Shown piece after piece: positions 10,917 through 20,536 of a stretch of 64,000 nucleotides of DNA (its first letter is position 1; every line of letters begins with the position of its first letter). Location of the stretch: assembly GCA_002104905.1 (NCBI GenBank), contig MCFE01000241.1:1-64000 (forward strand), read 5' to 3'. The notes under the pieces are model-generated. The model did not search any database, was not told where the DNA came from, and worked only from the letters and a program-made list of their open reading frames with translations. The position numbers and the translations under genes are program-made. Origin of the DNA: Basidiobolus meristosporus CBS 931.73. Its lineage: Eukaryota; Fungi; Basidiobolomycota.

Positions 10917-13845
10917 CTTATCAGAAATTTGGGTGATGATCCCATCAAAAGACCTTCACAAAGCTAAGATCACATGAGGGAGGTGTCATAATCCCATCGG
11001 AATCCTGCTGATATTCCATTAGGAAAAATTGCACCTCAATTTTGATGAAAAACTTGGTCAAAATTTGACTATCTATTGCCCCTTGACCCTTCATTGCTTG
11101 GCTCTCATTCAATTCTCTCACTTACTGATCCCGCACTCTCATTATACCCTCCTTATTACTCTTCATTCATTGGCAATCTCCCTTTTCTCACTCCCTTGCT
11201 TCTTGCACTCTCATTATTCCCTCACTATTCCTGTACACTCATTGATTTATTTCTTGTCAAACTTCAGTTATTTCTGAATACTTTCTTGTATGGACTGGTA
11301 CATAAAAGACTTGTTCTACTGTACTGTGCCATATCATGCTGCACATAACAGCATGATGCATGTGCCTGTTAGAATGTTCCCCACAGTACCATTTTTATTT
11401 ACATTCCATAATTTCAAAGGCAAAACGCAATTGTGTGATGACATGCAGAAGCATTTCAAATGTGCCACACAATATGGCACACAAATAGTACAATGATTTT
11501 GCCAGAACCAAACATGCCACCACAAAACAATTTACCAAATTAGCCAAATATACCATCTAAAAATAGGATCATTGTATTCATGTGTATTTGAAGGCACCAA
11601 ATAAAAGCAAAATTAAATAATGAATATCATGAAATTTATATACTTATTAACCTTTGTGGTACAATAACATATTTCCACAGATGTAATTGGTTATTGAATA
11701 TGCTATCAGCAAAGATACTACCATCAATCATGCAGATCTCACAAGATAAATCATCAAATTTTGGTCTTGATCATATTTGTATGCATTGTATTGTGATGAT
11801 CCATACTGACATGTATACAAGTTGTATCTTATTCAATTCACTATCAAGGTCCAATAGAGAGCAAGATATCACTTTATATGCATATGCAGGAATCAAAGAG
11901 ACTTTTATTCAGGCAAGTATAAAACTCACTGTGTGAAATTCCAGGCATTATCAGACTTTGAAGGCAATATCAGCTGGGTTGATAGGCCATACATGGGAAA
12001 GCATCATGACAAAAGACTTTGGGTGGAATGGCCAGCACCATTTCATAGGGGAGAACAATGTATGGCAGACTTGGCTTATATTGGAGCAGAATGCAGGAGT
12101 CTAGGATGCATCACAGCATATAAGAAGCCAAAGAAAGGAGTACTTTCAGATAGACACAAGACTCACAATGAGATATTCTCACATTTCAGAGTCAGGGTGG
12201 AGCATAGTTTTGGATTTCTGAAGAGATTTAGAATCCTTGCAGGGAGATAAAGAGGCAAATCCTATATTGGAGAAGGCTGTAAGTTGCAAAAAGTGGTGAA
12301 GATATTGACCAATATGCAATATTTTCACACCCAGGAACAAACATTGAGAGAGCTAGATATGTTGTTGTATGAAGAATAAAAAATCTAGAAGAATAAGTTA
12401 AGTGCAAGTGTTACAGTGCAAAATTGGGTTAAATACCCAATAGGGTAAGTGGACAAATGTGCTGGTGTGTTTTGGAATGTGCTGGAATGTATGGCAATGT
12501 GGCACAATTTGCATGATTCAGCAGAACAAGTCCAATATCCGTTGTCATTTCATGCTCTTCCCCATCCTCATACTGTGTTAGAGCTCCATTAAAACCCACC
12601 ATTGAAGAAGTGTATCTAGCTCAATGTCTTCCTTCAAATTGCTTGGTGGTGTCCCAACAGTCTTGTGCCAGCTGTTGTTCACTCCTTCCCATACCTCCTG
12701 GTTTAGTGGAGAATTCCTTGTATTCAGCATTACTTCTGCTAGTTCCTCCATTAACTCTCCACAATAATTGTATGCATTTACTCTGTCATTTACATTAAAG
12801 ACCCTCTGGAGTGATCTGGTGTGTTGTGTTGACTTGCAAAGCTCTACTGGAGCCATTTGCATAAATTTGCACCTTTCAGTGGTGTTGCTTTGTTGGTGGG
12901 TGGGATTGTATTTAGCAATACTTTGGCTAGTTCCTCTATTAACTTTCCACAATACTTGTATACATTTTCTTTAGCCTTTATGTTGAAGAACCTCTTGAGT
13001 GCTTTGGTGTACTCTGTTTCCTGACAAAACTCCACCATGGGCATTGTAATAAACCTTTGCCTTCTTAACTGTGATGCATTGTTAGCTGGTGGAATCCCTA
13101 CTCTAACCACTACTGGAGAGCCTGTAGTGAATTCATACTCTTTCTCCATGGCTTCTTCAGGCTCTCTGCATGGTCATTCAACAAGCCCTGTTTCTGCACC
13201 TTCCAAGAGTAACCTTGGTCTTCTTGGTGTTTCTTCCTGCTTATCTGGGGATTCTGAGCTTTGTTGCCTTGGTGCATTGGCTGCTACAAAATGTAGCATT
13301 TCTTGGAGGGCTCTCTGCTTTCTTCTTTGAGGAATTTCCCTTGCGTTTCCTTTTCCTTTGTCTTTCCCTCTACTGCTACCACTATCATTGTTGCTATCAC
13401 TCTGACTGGATGATTCTTGTGCTATGCCAAATATTACCTTTGCATAATATTAGTGAGGGAGTTTGGTGACTATCCACTGTTTACATGCTACCCTTCTAAT
13501 GATTACCTGATATCTTTCTGCTGTACTTGAGTTGGGCTCTTGAGGAACTTGCCTTTTCCTTGTATTCTGGTTCTTGGTTTTCTGCCTCTGATAGCTTCTA
13601 ATTTTCTTGAGATATTTTTGAAATAGAACAATGCTAGTCCAAGACCCATTTGCACATTTGAATCTAGGATAGTGCGAATGGAATTGATCAAGTACCATGC
13701 GTTTCTTTTTGGGGGGTTGATGGTCCCAATCTCTGCCAATCCTTAGACAATTCCTTGCCAAATTTCTGACGGTCTCCTGTATATTAGCCCACTCTTCATT
13801 GTCACATTCAGTGGCATCTTGTATTTTCAATGTCTTGTGATATCT
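10917..13845 (-). mobile_element. Second CACTA remnant (terminus plus accessory ORF), tail-to-tail with the first
   Basis: 10917-11290 is an inverted homolog of 10470-10813. The accessory ORF continues at 12540-13830 (WANIQETVRNL..FHSHYPRFK..W) across the PHIS insertion. Confidence 0.65.
11307..12533 (+). mobile_element. PIF/Harbinger-type (PHIS) transposon remnant carrying a DDE_Tnp_4-like transposase fragment
   Basis: Ends AGACTTGTTCT / AGAACAAGTCC. About 11840-12250 reads NQRDFYSGKYKTHCVKFQ..MADLAYIG..YKKP..HNEIFSHFRVRVEHSFGFLKRFRIL, then a stop. Flanks AAA/AAT. Confidence 0.8.
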
Positions 13846-13902
13846 AGGCTTAAGTGATATCAGTTATATATCACATTATCCTATTTATTAAACCTATCAA
13901 TA

Positions 13903-14244
13903 TCAATAGCTGTCTCTGTATCTACGTCTACGGTAGCGTCGTTGACAACGTTCACACAATGGTTGATCGTCGTTGTCACTCGAGTCTTGAGTATCATCCT
14001 CTTCGGGAGTATTTGATTGTACATATGTCGGTGTAGATGGTTGGTACAATGTTTGATCGGCTTGCTGCACTTGCTCATATTGATTCTGGTTGGAAAGTGC
14101 CTGAGCGTTCTGTGCTGAATGAGTCTGAGCGTTGTCCAACAATGGATAGGCGTTCGGGGACTCTAGTTGATGGTATGTTGGTGCATATGACATTAATGGC
14201 TCATTGTCGGTGTTGCCACAAAAAAAATAAACATTCCTCTTCAA
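13903..14244 (-). pseudogene. Acidic low-complexity protein family, copy A1 (5' truncated)
   Basis: Paralog of 15418-15852 lacking the signal-peptide segment. Motif NAQALSNQNQYEQVQQADQTLYQP and C-terminal CERCQRRYRRRRY. Confidence 0.65.
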
Positions 14245-14659
14245 TTCTAGGGATGGCTACGGTCTTACGTAGTTCTTGATTTAATTGTCAAAGACCGCTA
14301 AGCTACTCTGATTATATAGTACCCTGCAGCTATTTTTATGAGTATTATGGGATTATGAACGAATTAACATCTTCACCGGCCATCAGTCGATAGTATACTG
14401 AGCTAAATTTACGATTTAGCATTATGCATTGCATCGACCACCTCAAGTCCGCTTAGCAAAGATGTAACTCTAAGCTGGCTTCATACATCACCTCTATCCA
14501 AGCGATCTCTATTGCAACAGATAAACCTAGAGTTGCGTTGATTTGAGATCGTAGATTCATAGGGATAGTGATTGCTAAGGGTATTAATGTGTACCTATCA
14601 CTACGACTATCAACATGTGGCTTTCCAAATCTTCAATGATGTAGCTAATTTTTCTTTTG

Positions 14660-14930
14660 GCCATCGTTGTTGCTCCAATTCCACGCTCCGAATCATGCAA
14701 TCACAACCATAAAAGAGTGCATTATCATAGTTCGTCATGCTCCGATCGAGCAAGTAACTGCCACCAGCAAGTCCGAGTTCTGCCAACTGTAGAGGCTTTG
14801 AATGTCTAAGTACGATTGTGCGTTGAAGGATGCGTTGATCAGGATATACAGTACACCGAGCCCATGGAAGTTACTCAGTGTGGCAATGACTGTGCTAAGC
14901 AGGACTTACTGTATGCTGACTTTAAAATGC
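14660..14930 (+). pseudogene. Degraded, internally deleted copy (C0) of the C-type secreted protein
   Basis: Nucleotide similarity to 16900-17040 and to the YTEPME repeat region; ORF 14816 reads CVEGCVDQDIQYTEPMEVTQCGNDCAKQD. Confidence 0.65.
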
Positions 14931-15417
14931 AGAAATTACGTTGTATATTGGCACTTAGTTACACACTGGAATACAAAAAGTTGCTTTTGTTTTATCAACA
15001 ATCATCAGCAGCCGAAGCTCAGTTGATAGCTATTCTATGTGGCCGATCATCAATAAAAACAATCCACAGCCAATTGAACCTATGTATCATCGATCTACGC
15101 ACTTCATTACCTATACCATCATCCATTTATTGCTCACCACGATTGCTTGCCACTATTCCATTTTAGTAGTTTATTCAATATTGCTCGCAAATTGGAGGGT
15201 ACAAAACCAAAATGATTCACACTATTGTTTGAGGAGTCATTGCCAGAATGTTCATGATGCTCATCCCTATGGTCACGTCTCCGCTGTTTCTTCCGGATGG
15301 CAGTTGGTGTAATCTTGTTGCAGAAGAAATGTGCGTGTTATATAGCTTGCAGAAATAGCGATCATATGATGGGATTTATTATGAATGCCACACTAGTGTT
15401 ATCATGACCCGATTGAG

Positions 15418-15852
15418 TCAAAAGCGGCCGCTGTACCTATTTCTACGGTAGCGTCGTTGACAACGTTCACACAATGGTTGATCGTCGTCGTCACTCAAGT
15501 CCTGAGTGTCATCCTCGTCGGGAGTAAATGATGGCGCATATGTCGACGCAGATGGTTGGTACAATGTTTGATCTACTTGCTGCACTTGCTCATATTGATT
15601 CTGGTTGGAAAGTGCCTGAGCGTTCTCTGCTGAATTAGTCTGAGTGTTGTCCAACAATGGATAGGCGTCTGGATACTCTAGTTGATAGTATGTTGGTGTG
15701 TATGACATTAATGGCTCATTGTCGGCATTGTCACCAAAGTCCACCAGGATGCCCTGGTCTACTTACTGGTTGTCATACGTTGCAATGGGCGATGCATAAG
15801 ATACACCGAATAGGAATACTAAGGCGGATAGAATGTGGAAAGTGCGTTGCAT
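15418..15852 (-). pseudogene. Secreted acidic protein copy A2, with one in-frame TAA at codon 30
   Basis: ATG at 15852 gives MQRTFHILSALVFLFGVSYA-SPIATYDNQ* (signal-peptide-like). The stop at 15763-15765 is in frame with ORF 15418-15744. Confidence 0.7.
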
Positions 15853-16140
15853 GTTGGCTCTTGATGACACACTGGAAGGCAAACAGTTGCTTTTATGTAT
15901 GCCTTGCTAGATTCATCAACGATCATCAGCAACCAAACCCAGTTTGCTAAATTATGAAGCCAAGGTGAGTAAAGTTCATCAGTATTTCACTTTGATTGCA
16001 ATGATCAGTAAGAGTTGATTGACATCGTAATCCAGGTGACTAATCACTTCACAGTACATCAAGAAAAATAAATCATCATTTCTCTTCAATTCTGGGCGTG
16101 CTATACCACTTTGGTATGACAGGACGAGGGTGATCACTAT

Positions 16141-16458
16141 ATGGATGAGAATGAGGGCGAAGATGAAGGCGAAGGTGAGGACTCAATGGATGACACTTCA
16201 ACTCAGCCAGAGTCATCCTACAACATGCCAGACTTCAATATAGCCGACATGCAACCCAGAAAGGCATTGTTGGACAGAGTGAACGCTCACTCATCCAGTG
16301 ATGCTGATGCCCTGTCGAACTCTAATCAGTTTGACCAAGCGCAGGTTATCGACCAGACCCTCTATCAGCCTAAGCAGCAACAGCCCCAGATCATTATCAC
16401 TCAGCCAGCCACCCGTAGCTATGGTGGAGGCCAGAAGAAGTACAAGAGGTCGACATAA
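16141..16458 (+). pseudogene. Acidic protein copy B1 (5' truncated duplicate of B2)
   Basis: Nearly identical to residues 64 onward of 17692-18246; the signal-peptide region is absent and the ORF stops earlier. Confidence 0.7.
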
Positions 16459-16850
16459 AAGTACTTCAAGATCAGATATTTCAGTGGGAATCGATACATT
16501 TAATAAATAAACATATCATTTGGCCACCCTATATTAATATGAAACATCATCAGCCGTGATTCGTGAATTACCACACTACAGCTAAAATATCAAAAGCATA
16601 TGCGTATATATTAGGGTATACATTGGTGTATTTATCAGTGTATTTATCGTACTGTAACCATATAAACTACGCGACATCAATGCGATTGAGCCGATGATGG
16701 TAGAGCGAATGCTAATTTTCAATCTGATAAAGTGTGAGTTCATCAAAGTTAACAAACTATTGCTACCATCAATGTTGTAACCTCGTTATAATGGTTCCCC
16801 TGCTATATATTCCCGAGTGAATTCAGCAATGAACTCAGTAGTTCTCAGAG

Positions 16851-17429
16851 ATGCGTACATTCATTGTATCATTGATCTTGGGCCTTGCCTCTCTTCAAGC
16901 CACCATTGCTGCTCCAGTCCCATGCTCCGAATCATGCAACCGTGAGCATAGAAGATTCCGTTATCGCAGGTATTCATGCTCGGACCAAGCGAGCGACTGC
17001 TACCAGCAAGTCCAGGTTCAGCCCACTGTTGAAACGCCAAATGCCCAAGTGCCATTGTTGCGTCAGATGTTCACCACCGTGACCAGAAAGCATGACAATC
17101 TGAACACTGCCAACGCCAACAGTGACAAGAGTCTCGATGTTCAGTTTCAAGCAGGCCCTAGCCTCGAAGTAGAAGGCTCAGCCAGCGCATCCGAGTACGC
17201 CAAACAGAAGGGTGCTGAACACTCAGACGATGGCTCTGACTACCCCACTGTTATGGTTCAGCCTGCACAAGATGAGACATACTCCACACCAGTAGTGGAC
17301 ACCCAATGCATCGAAGGATGCTCTGACCAAGATACACAGTACTCTGAGCCCATGGAGGATGTTCAATGTGTCGATGACTGTGCTAATCAGGATTCACAGT
17401 ATACTGAGCCCATGGAAGACACTCAATGA
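16851..17429 (+). CDS. Secreted acidic Cys-repeat protein C1 (192 aa), unknown function
   Basis: Intact ORF with signal-peptide-like MRTFIVSLILGLASLQATIA-AP, CSESCNREHRRFRYRRY, and 20-aa repeats DxQCxxxCxxQDxQYxEPME. Its TGA lies where C2 has TGC. Confidence 0.75.
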   Translation: MRTFIVSLILGLASLQATIAAPVPCSESCNREHRRFRYRRYSCSDQASDCYQQVQVQPTVETPNAQVPLLRQMFTTVTRKHDNLNTANANSDKSLDVQFQAGPSLEVEGSASASEYAKQKGAEHSDDGSDYPTVMVQPAQDETYSTPVVDTQCIEGCSDQDTQYSEPMEDVQCVDDCANQDSQYTEPMEDTQ

Positions 17430-17691
17430 ACCAACGACTGCACAGAACAAAATAAACACAGGAATACCATTACTTGATTAAGGAACTACATTTAGTTATC
17501 TTTGTGAGTATTACGGAATTATAGGTGAGCCCATATCTTCACAAGTCGTTAGTTGATGGCCAACAAAAGCAGGACATAGCATGTGAATTCATGGCCTCAA
17601 GTGAGTCAGATATAGGGTGTAGTATAGTAGACTATGCCAAGTACCACTATAATAAAGTGAGCTTACGACTGGTTTTACGCTATTCATCAAA

Positions 17692-18246
17692 ATGCAGCTT
17701 ACTCTCACTTTGTTTGCTTTGTACCTTGCTTCTATCCATGCATTCCCTGCCACGGAAGATACCTCTTCTCAGGTTAGCTACGGTGACAGTTTGTGCGGGG
17801 AGCAAGTAAGTCCTTGCTACCCAGAAACTCAATCGCCCGAATACGACTATCAGCCGCAACAGAACGAGGGTGATAGCTATATGGATGAGAATGAGGGCGA
17901 AGATGAAGGCGAAGGTGAGGACTCAATGGATGGCATTTCAACTCAGCCAGAGTCATCCTACAACATGCCCAACTTCAATATAGCCGATATGCAACCAAGA
18001 CAGGCCTTGTTGGACAGAGTGAACGCTCATTCATCCAGTGATGCTGATGCCCTGTCCAACTCTAATCAGTTTGACCAAGCGCAGGTTGTCGATCAAACCC
18101 TCTATCAGCCTAAGCAGCAGCAGCCCCAGATCATCATCACTCAGCCAGCCGCCCGTAGCTATGGTGGAGGCCGGAAGAAGTACGAGAGATCGGCGCATAA
18201 GTACTTCAAGATCAGATATTCCAGTGGGAACCGATACATTGAATAA
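17692..18246 (+). CDS. Secreted acidic protein B2 (184 aa), unknown function
   Basis: Intact ORF with signal-peptide-like MQLTLTLFALYLASIHA-FP, an EGEDEGEGED tract, the motif DADALSNSNQFDQAQVVDQTLYQP and a basic/Tyr C-terminus. Confidence 0.75.
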   Translation: MQLTLTLFALYLASIHAFPATEDTSSQVSYGDSLCGEQVSPCYPETQSPEYDYQPQQNEGDSYMDENEGEDEGEGEDSMDGISTQPESSYNMPNFNIADMQPRQALLDRVNAHSSSDADALSNSNQFDQAQVVDQTLYQPKQQQPQIIITQPAARSYGGGRKKYERSAHKYFKIRYSSGNRYIE

Positions 18247-18569
18247 ATAAACATTTCAATTGACCACCTTATATTAATATGAAAAACTATACTAGACCTG
18301 GAATAATTAAGACAAATGTGTGTTTATGGGTGTATATATTGGTGTATTTATCGGCGTATTTATCGTACTGTAATCATGGAAACTACGCGATATCAATGCG
18401 ATTGAGTTGACGATGATGGTGGAGAGAATGCTAATTTTCAATCTGATAAAGTGTGAGTTCATCAAAGTTAACTAACTATTGCTACCATCAATGTTGTAAC
18501 CTCGTTATAATGGTTCGCATGCTATATATTCCCGAGTGAATTCAGCAATGAACGCATTAGTTCTCAAAG

Positions 18570-19181
18570 ATGCGTACATTCATTGTATCCTTGATCTTGG
18601 GCCTTGCTTCTCTTCAAGCCACCATTTCTGCTCCAGTCACATGCTCCGAATCATGCAACCGTGAGCATAGAAGAGTCCGTTATCGCAGGTATTCATGCTT
18701 GGGCCAAGCAAGCAACTGCTACCAGCAAGCCCAGGCTCAACCCACTGTTGAAACGCCAAACGTCCAAATGCCATTGTTGCGTCAGGTGTTCACCACCATG
18801 ACCAGAAAGCATGACAATCTGAACACTGCCAACGCCAACAGTGACAAGAGTCTCGATGTTCAGTTTCAAGCAGGCCCTAGCCTCGAAGTAGACGGTTCAG
18901 CTGGTGCATCCGAGTACGCCGAACAGAAGGGTGCTGAACACTCAGAAGATGGCACTAATTACCCAATTGCTATAGCTCAGCGTGCACAAGGTGAGACATA
19001 CCCCACACCAGTAGTGGACACCCAATGCACTGAAGGATGCTCTGGCCAAGATACACAGCACACTGAGCCCATGGAAGATGTTCGATGTGGCAATGACTGT
19101 GCTAATCAGGATGAGCAGTATACTGAGCCCATGGAAGACATTCAATGCACCAACGACTGCACTTTAGCCCAAAACAATTAA
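18570..19181 (+). CDS. Secreted acidic Cys-repeat protein C2 (203 aa), unknown function
   Basis: Intact paralog of C1 with signal peptide and three CxxxC-containing repeats. Confidence 0.75.
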   Translation: MRTFIVSLILGLASLQATISAPVTCSESCNREHRRVRYRRYSCLGQASNCYQQAQAQPTVETPNVQMPLLRQVFTTMTRKHDNLNTANANSDKSLDVQFQAGPSLEVDGSAGASEYAEQKGAEHSEDGTNYPIAIAQRAQGETYPTPVVDTQCTEGCSGQDTQHTEPMEDVRCGNDCANQDEQYTEPMEDIQCTNDCTLAQNN

Positions 19182-19835
19182 GTTCCATCACCCATTTTAT
19201 TTTTCGCGTTATACGGGATAGCAGAAATATAGCCATTACCAACATGGGAACAGGAGCGTTTGACAAACTCAACTCCAAACCAATTTCCACACTTCCCTCT
19301 GATGAGCCAAAGTCCAGCGACCAATCCAGGAGAAGGGTAAGAAACGGGTAAAGCCTGGCTATGCACGTCTTGAAGTACCTCATGAAGGTAGAGAGTGGCT
19401 TATTCAATAAGTTTGACCTGGGTTAAGCCGATATGGAGATCGAGTATCCTAAAGTGTATCGCTATCTCAAGAAGCCTAACTATTACTCATTACCATTACT
19501 CAAAAACATGGTATTTCGAATGCACATCTAATATGCACCACAGACAAGTGATTCGTATTATAATGATGAAAATTAGCGCTTTATCTGCTCTTCTGCTTAC
19601 TTCAGTCTCTGTTGATACTCGCCATTATTCCACCTATCCCTGTGGTTCTGTATCTTTTGTAACTTTTCTCCTAGTGTTCGTATTTGAAAACTTGCTTACA
19701 GAAAAGTTGTGTGTATTTGATAGCTTACACAAATAGGGAAACTGGAGTAATATCGATTATATAATGCATTACCCTATTTATTATGCGGAGATCATAATAG
19801 TATTGAAATGTAGAAATGCCAACAACCTGTTCTCA

Positions 19836-20144
19836 TCAGTAGCTGTCTCTGCATCTACGTCTACGGTGGCGTCGTTGACAACGACTGAATGATGGTCGAA
19901 CATCATCATCATTCTCATCTTGGTTTTCATCTACTTTGGGTGTAGATGGTTGCACATACGTTGGCGCCGATGGTTGGTACAACGTCTGATGTACTTGCGG
20001 CGCCTGGTCATATTGATTCTGGTTGGAAAGTGCCGGAGCGTTCTGTGCGGAATTAGTCTGAATATGTGGCATTGCATAGTATACAAACACTACATCTTCT
20101 TCAGCATTGTTATGAGTGGTTACTAAATCCTGCCTGCAATTCAC
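19836..20144 (-). pseudogene. Acidic protein copy A3 (5' end unresolved)
   Basis: Reads QTNSAQNAPALSNQNQYDQAPQVHQTLYQP..CQRRHRRRRCRDSY; no signal peptide found in frame. Confidence 0.55.
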
Positions 20145-20302
20145 AACATGGTGTACTGATACAATATGGCCTTGGCTATAACGAAGTTGCCATTTGAAGT
20201 GTCATTTTAACCAACACTTGTCCTATATTGTTTGATTGTCACTTGAACGTTACTATAACCCTATCAGAATGCATTCCAAGCTTTGTGGGGTGAGCTTACC
20301 AA

Positions 20303-20382
20303 TCTCCAGTTTGGTTGCTATAATACCAACGCTGACGGTCTCCAGTTTGGTTGCTGTAATACCAACACTGACGGTCTCCAGT
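20303..20382. repeat. 36-bp tandem repeat (2.2 copies)
   Basis: TCTCCAGTTTGGTTGCT(A/G)TAATACCAAC(G/A)CTGACGG at 20303 and 20339, with a partial copy at 20375. Confidence 0.9.
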
Positions 20383-20536
20383 GTGACAGTCCTTTGGGTG
20401 CCAATTTTGGATACTCCCGGCATCTGGGAAACAGTCAGTCTTATCCATAATGTATTGTGAGTGGCATCACGTTTAATATATTGTGTTTCTCCTCCGCAAA
20501 CCTTAAGGGCTGGTTTATTAAGCAGCAACATCAACA

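Larger units (their letters stand above)
16120..19181 (+). repeat. Tandem segmental duplication of a B+C gene pair (period about 1.72-1.74 kb)
   Basis: 16120-17460 aligns by eye with 17860-19180, including intergenic DNA (16141 vs 17881; 16851 vs 18570). Confidence 0.85.

Noticed and set aside
17280-17429. C-protein repeats as Kex2-processed peptide or RiPP precursor repeats
   Set aside because: No KR/RR cleavage sites between repeats, and no DUF3328/UstY-type or other modifying enzyme seen in the window.
19200-19520. Short protein-like readings (AMHVLKYLMK.., AKVQRPIQEKGKKRVK..)
   Set aside because: Interrupted by stops in all frames and not assignable to any family.
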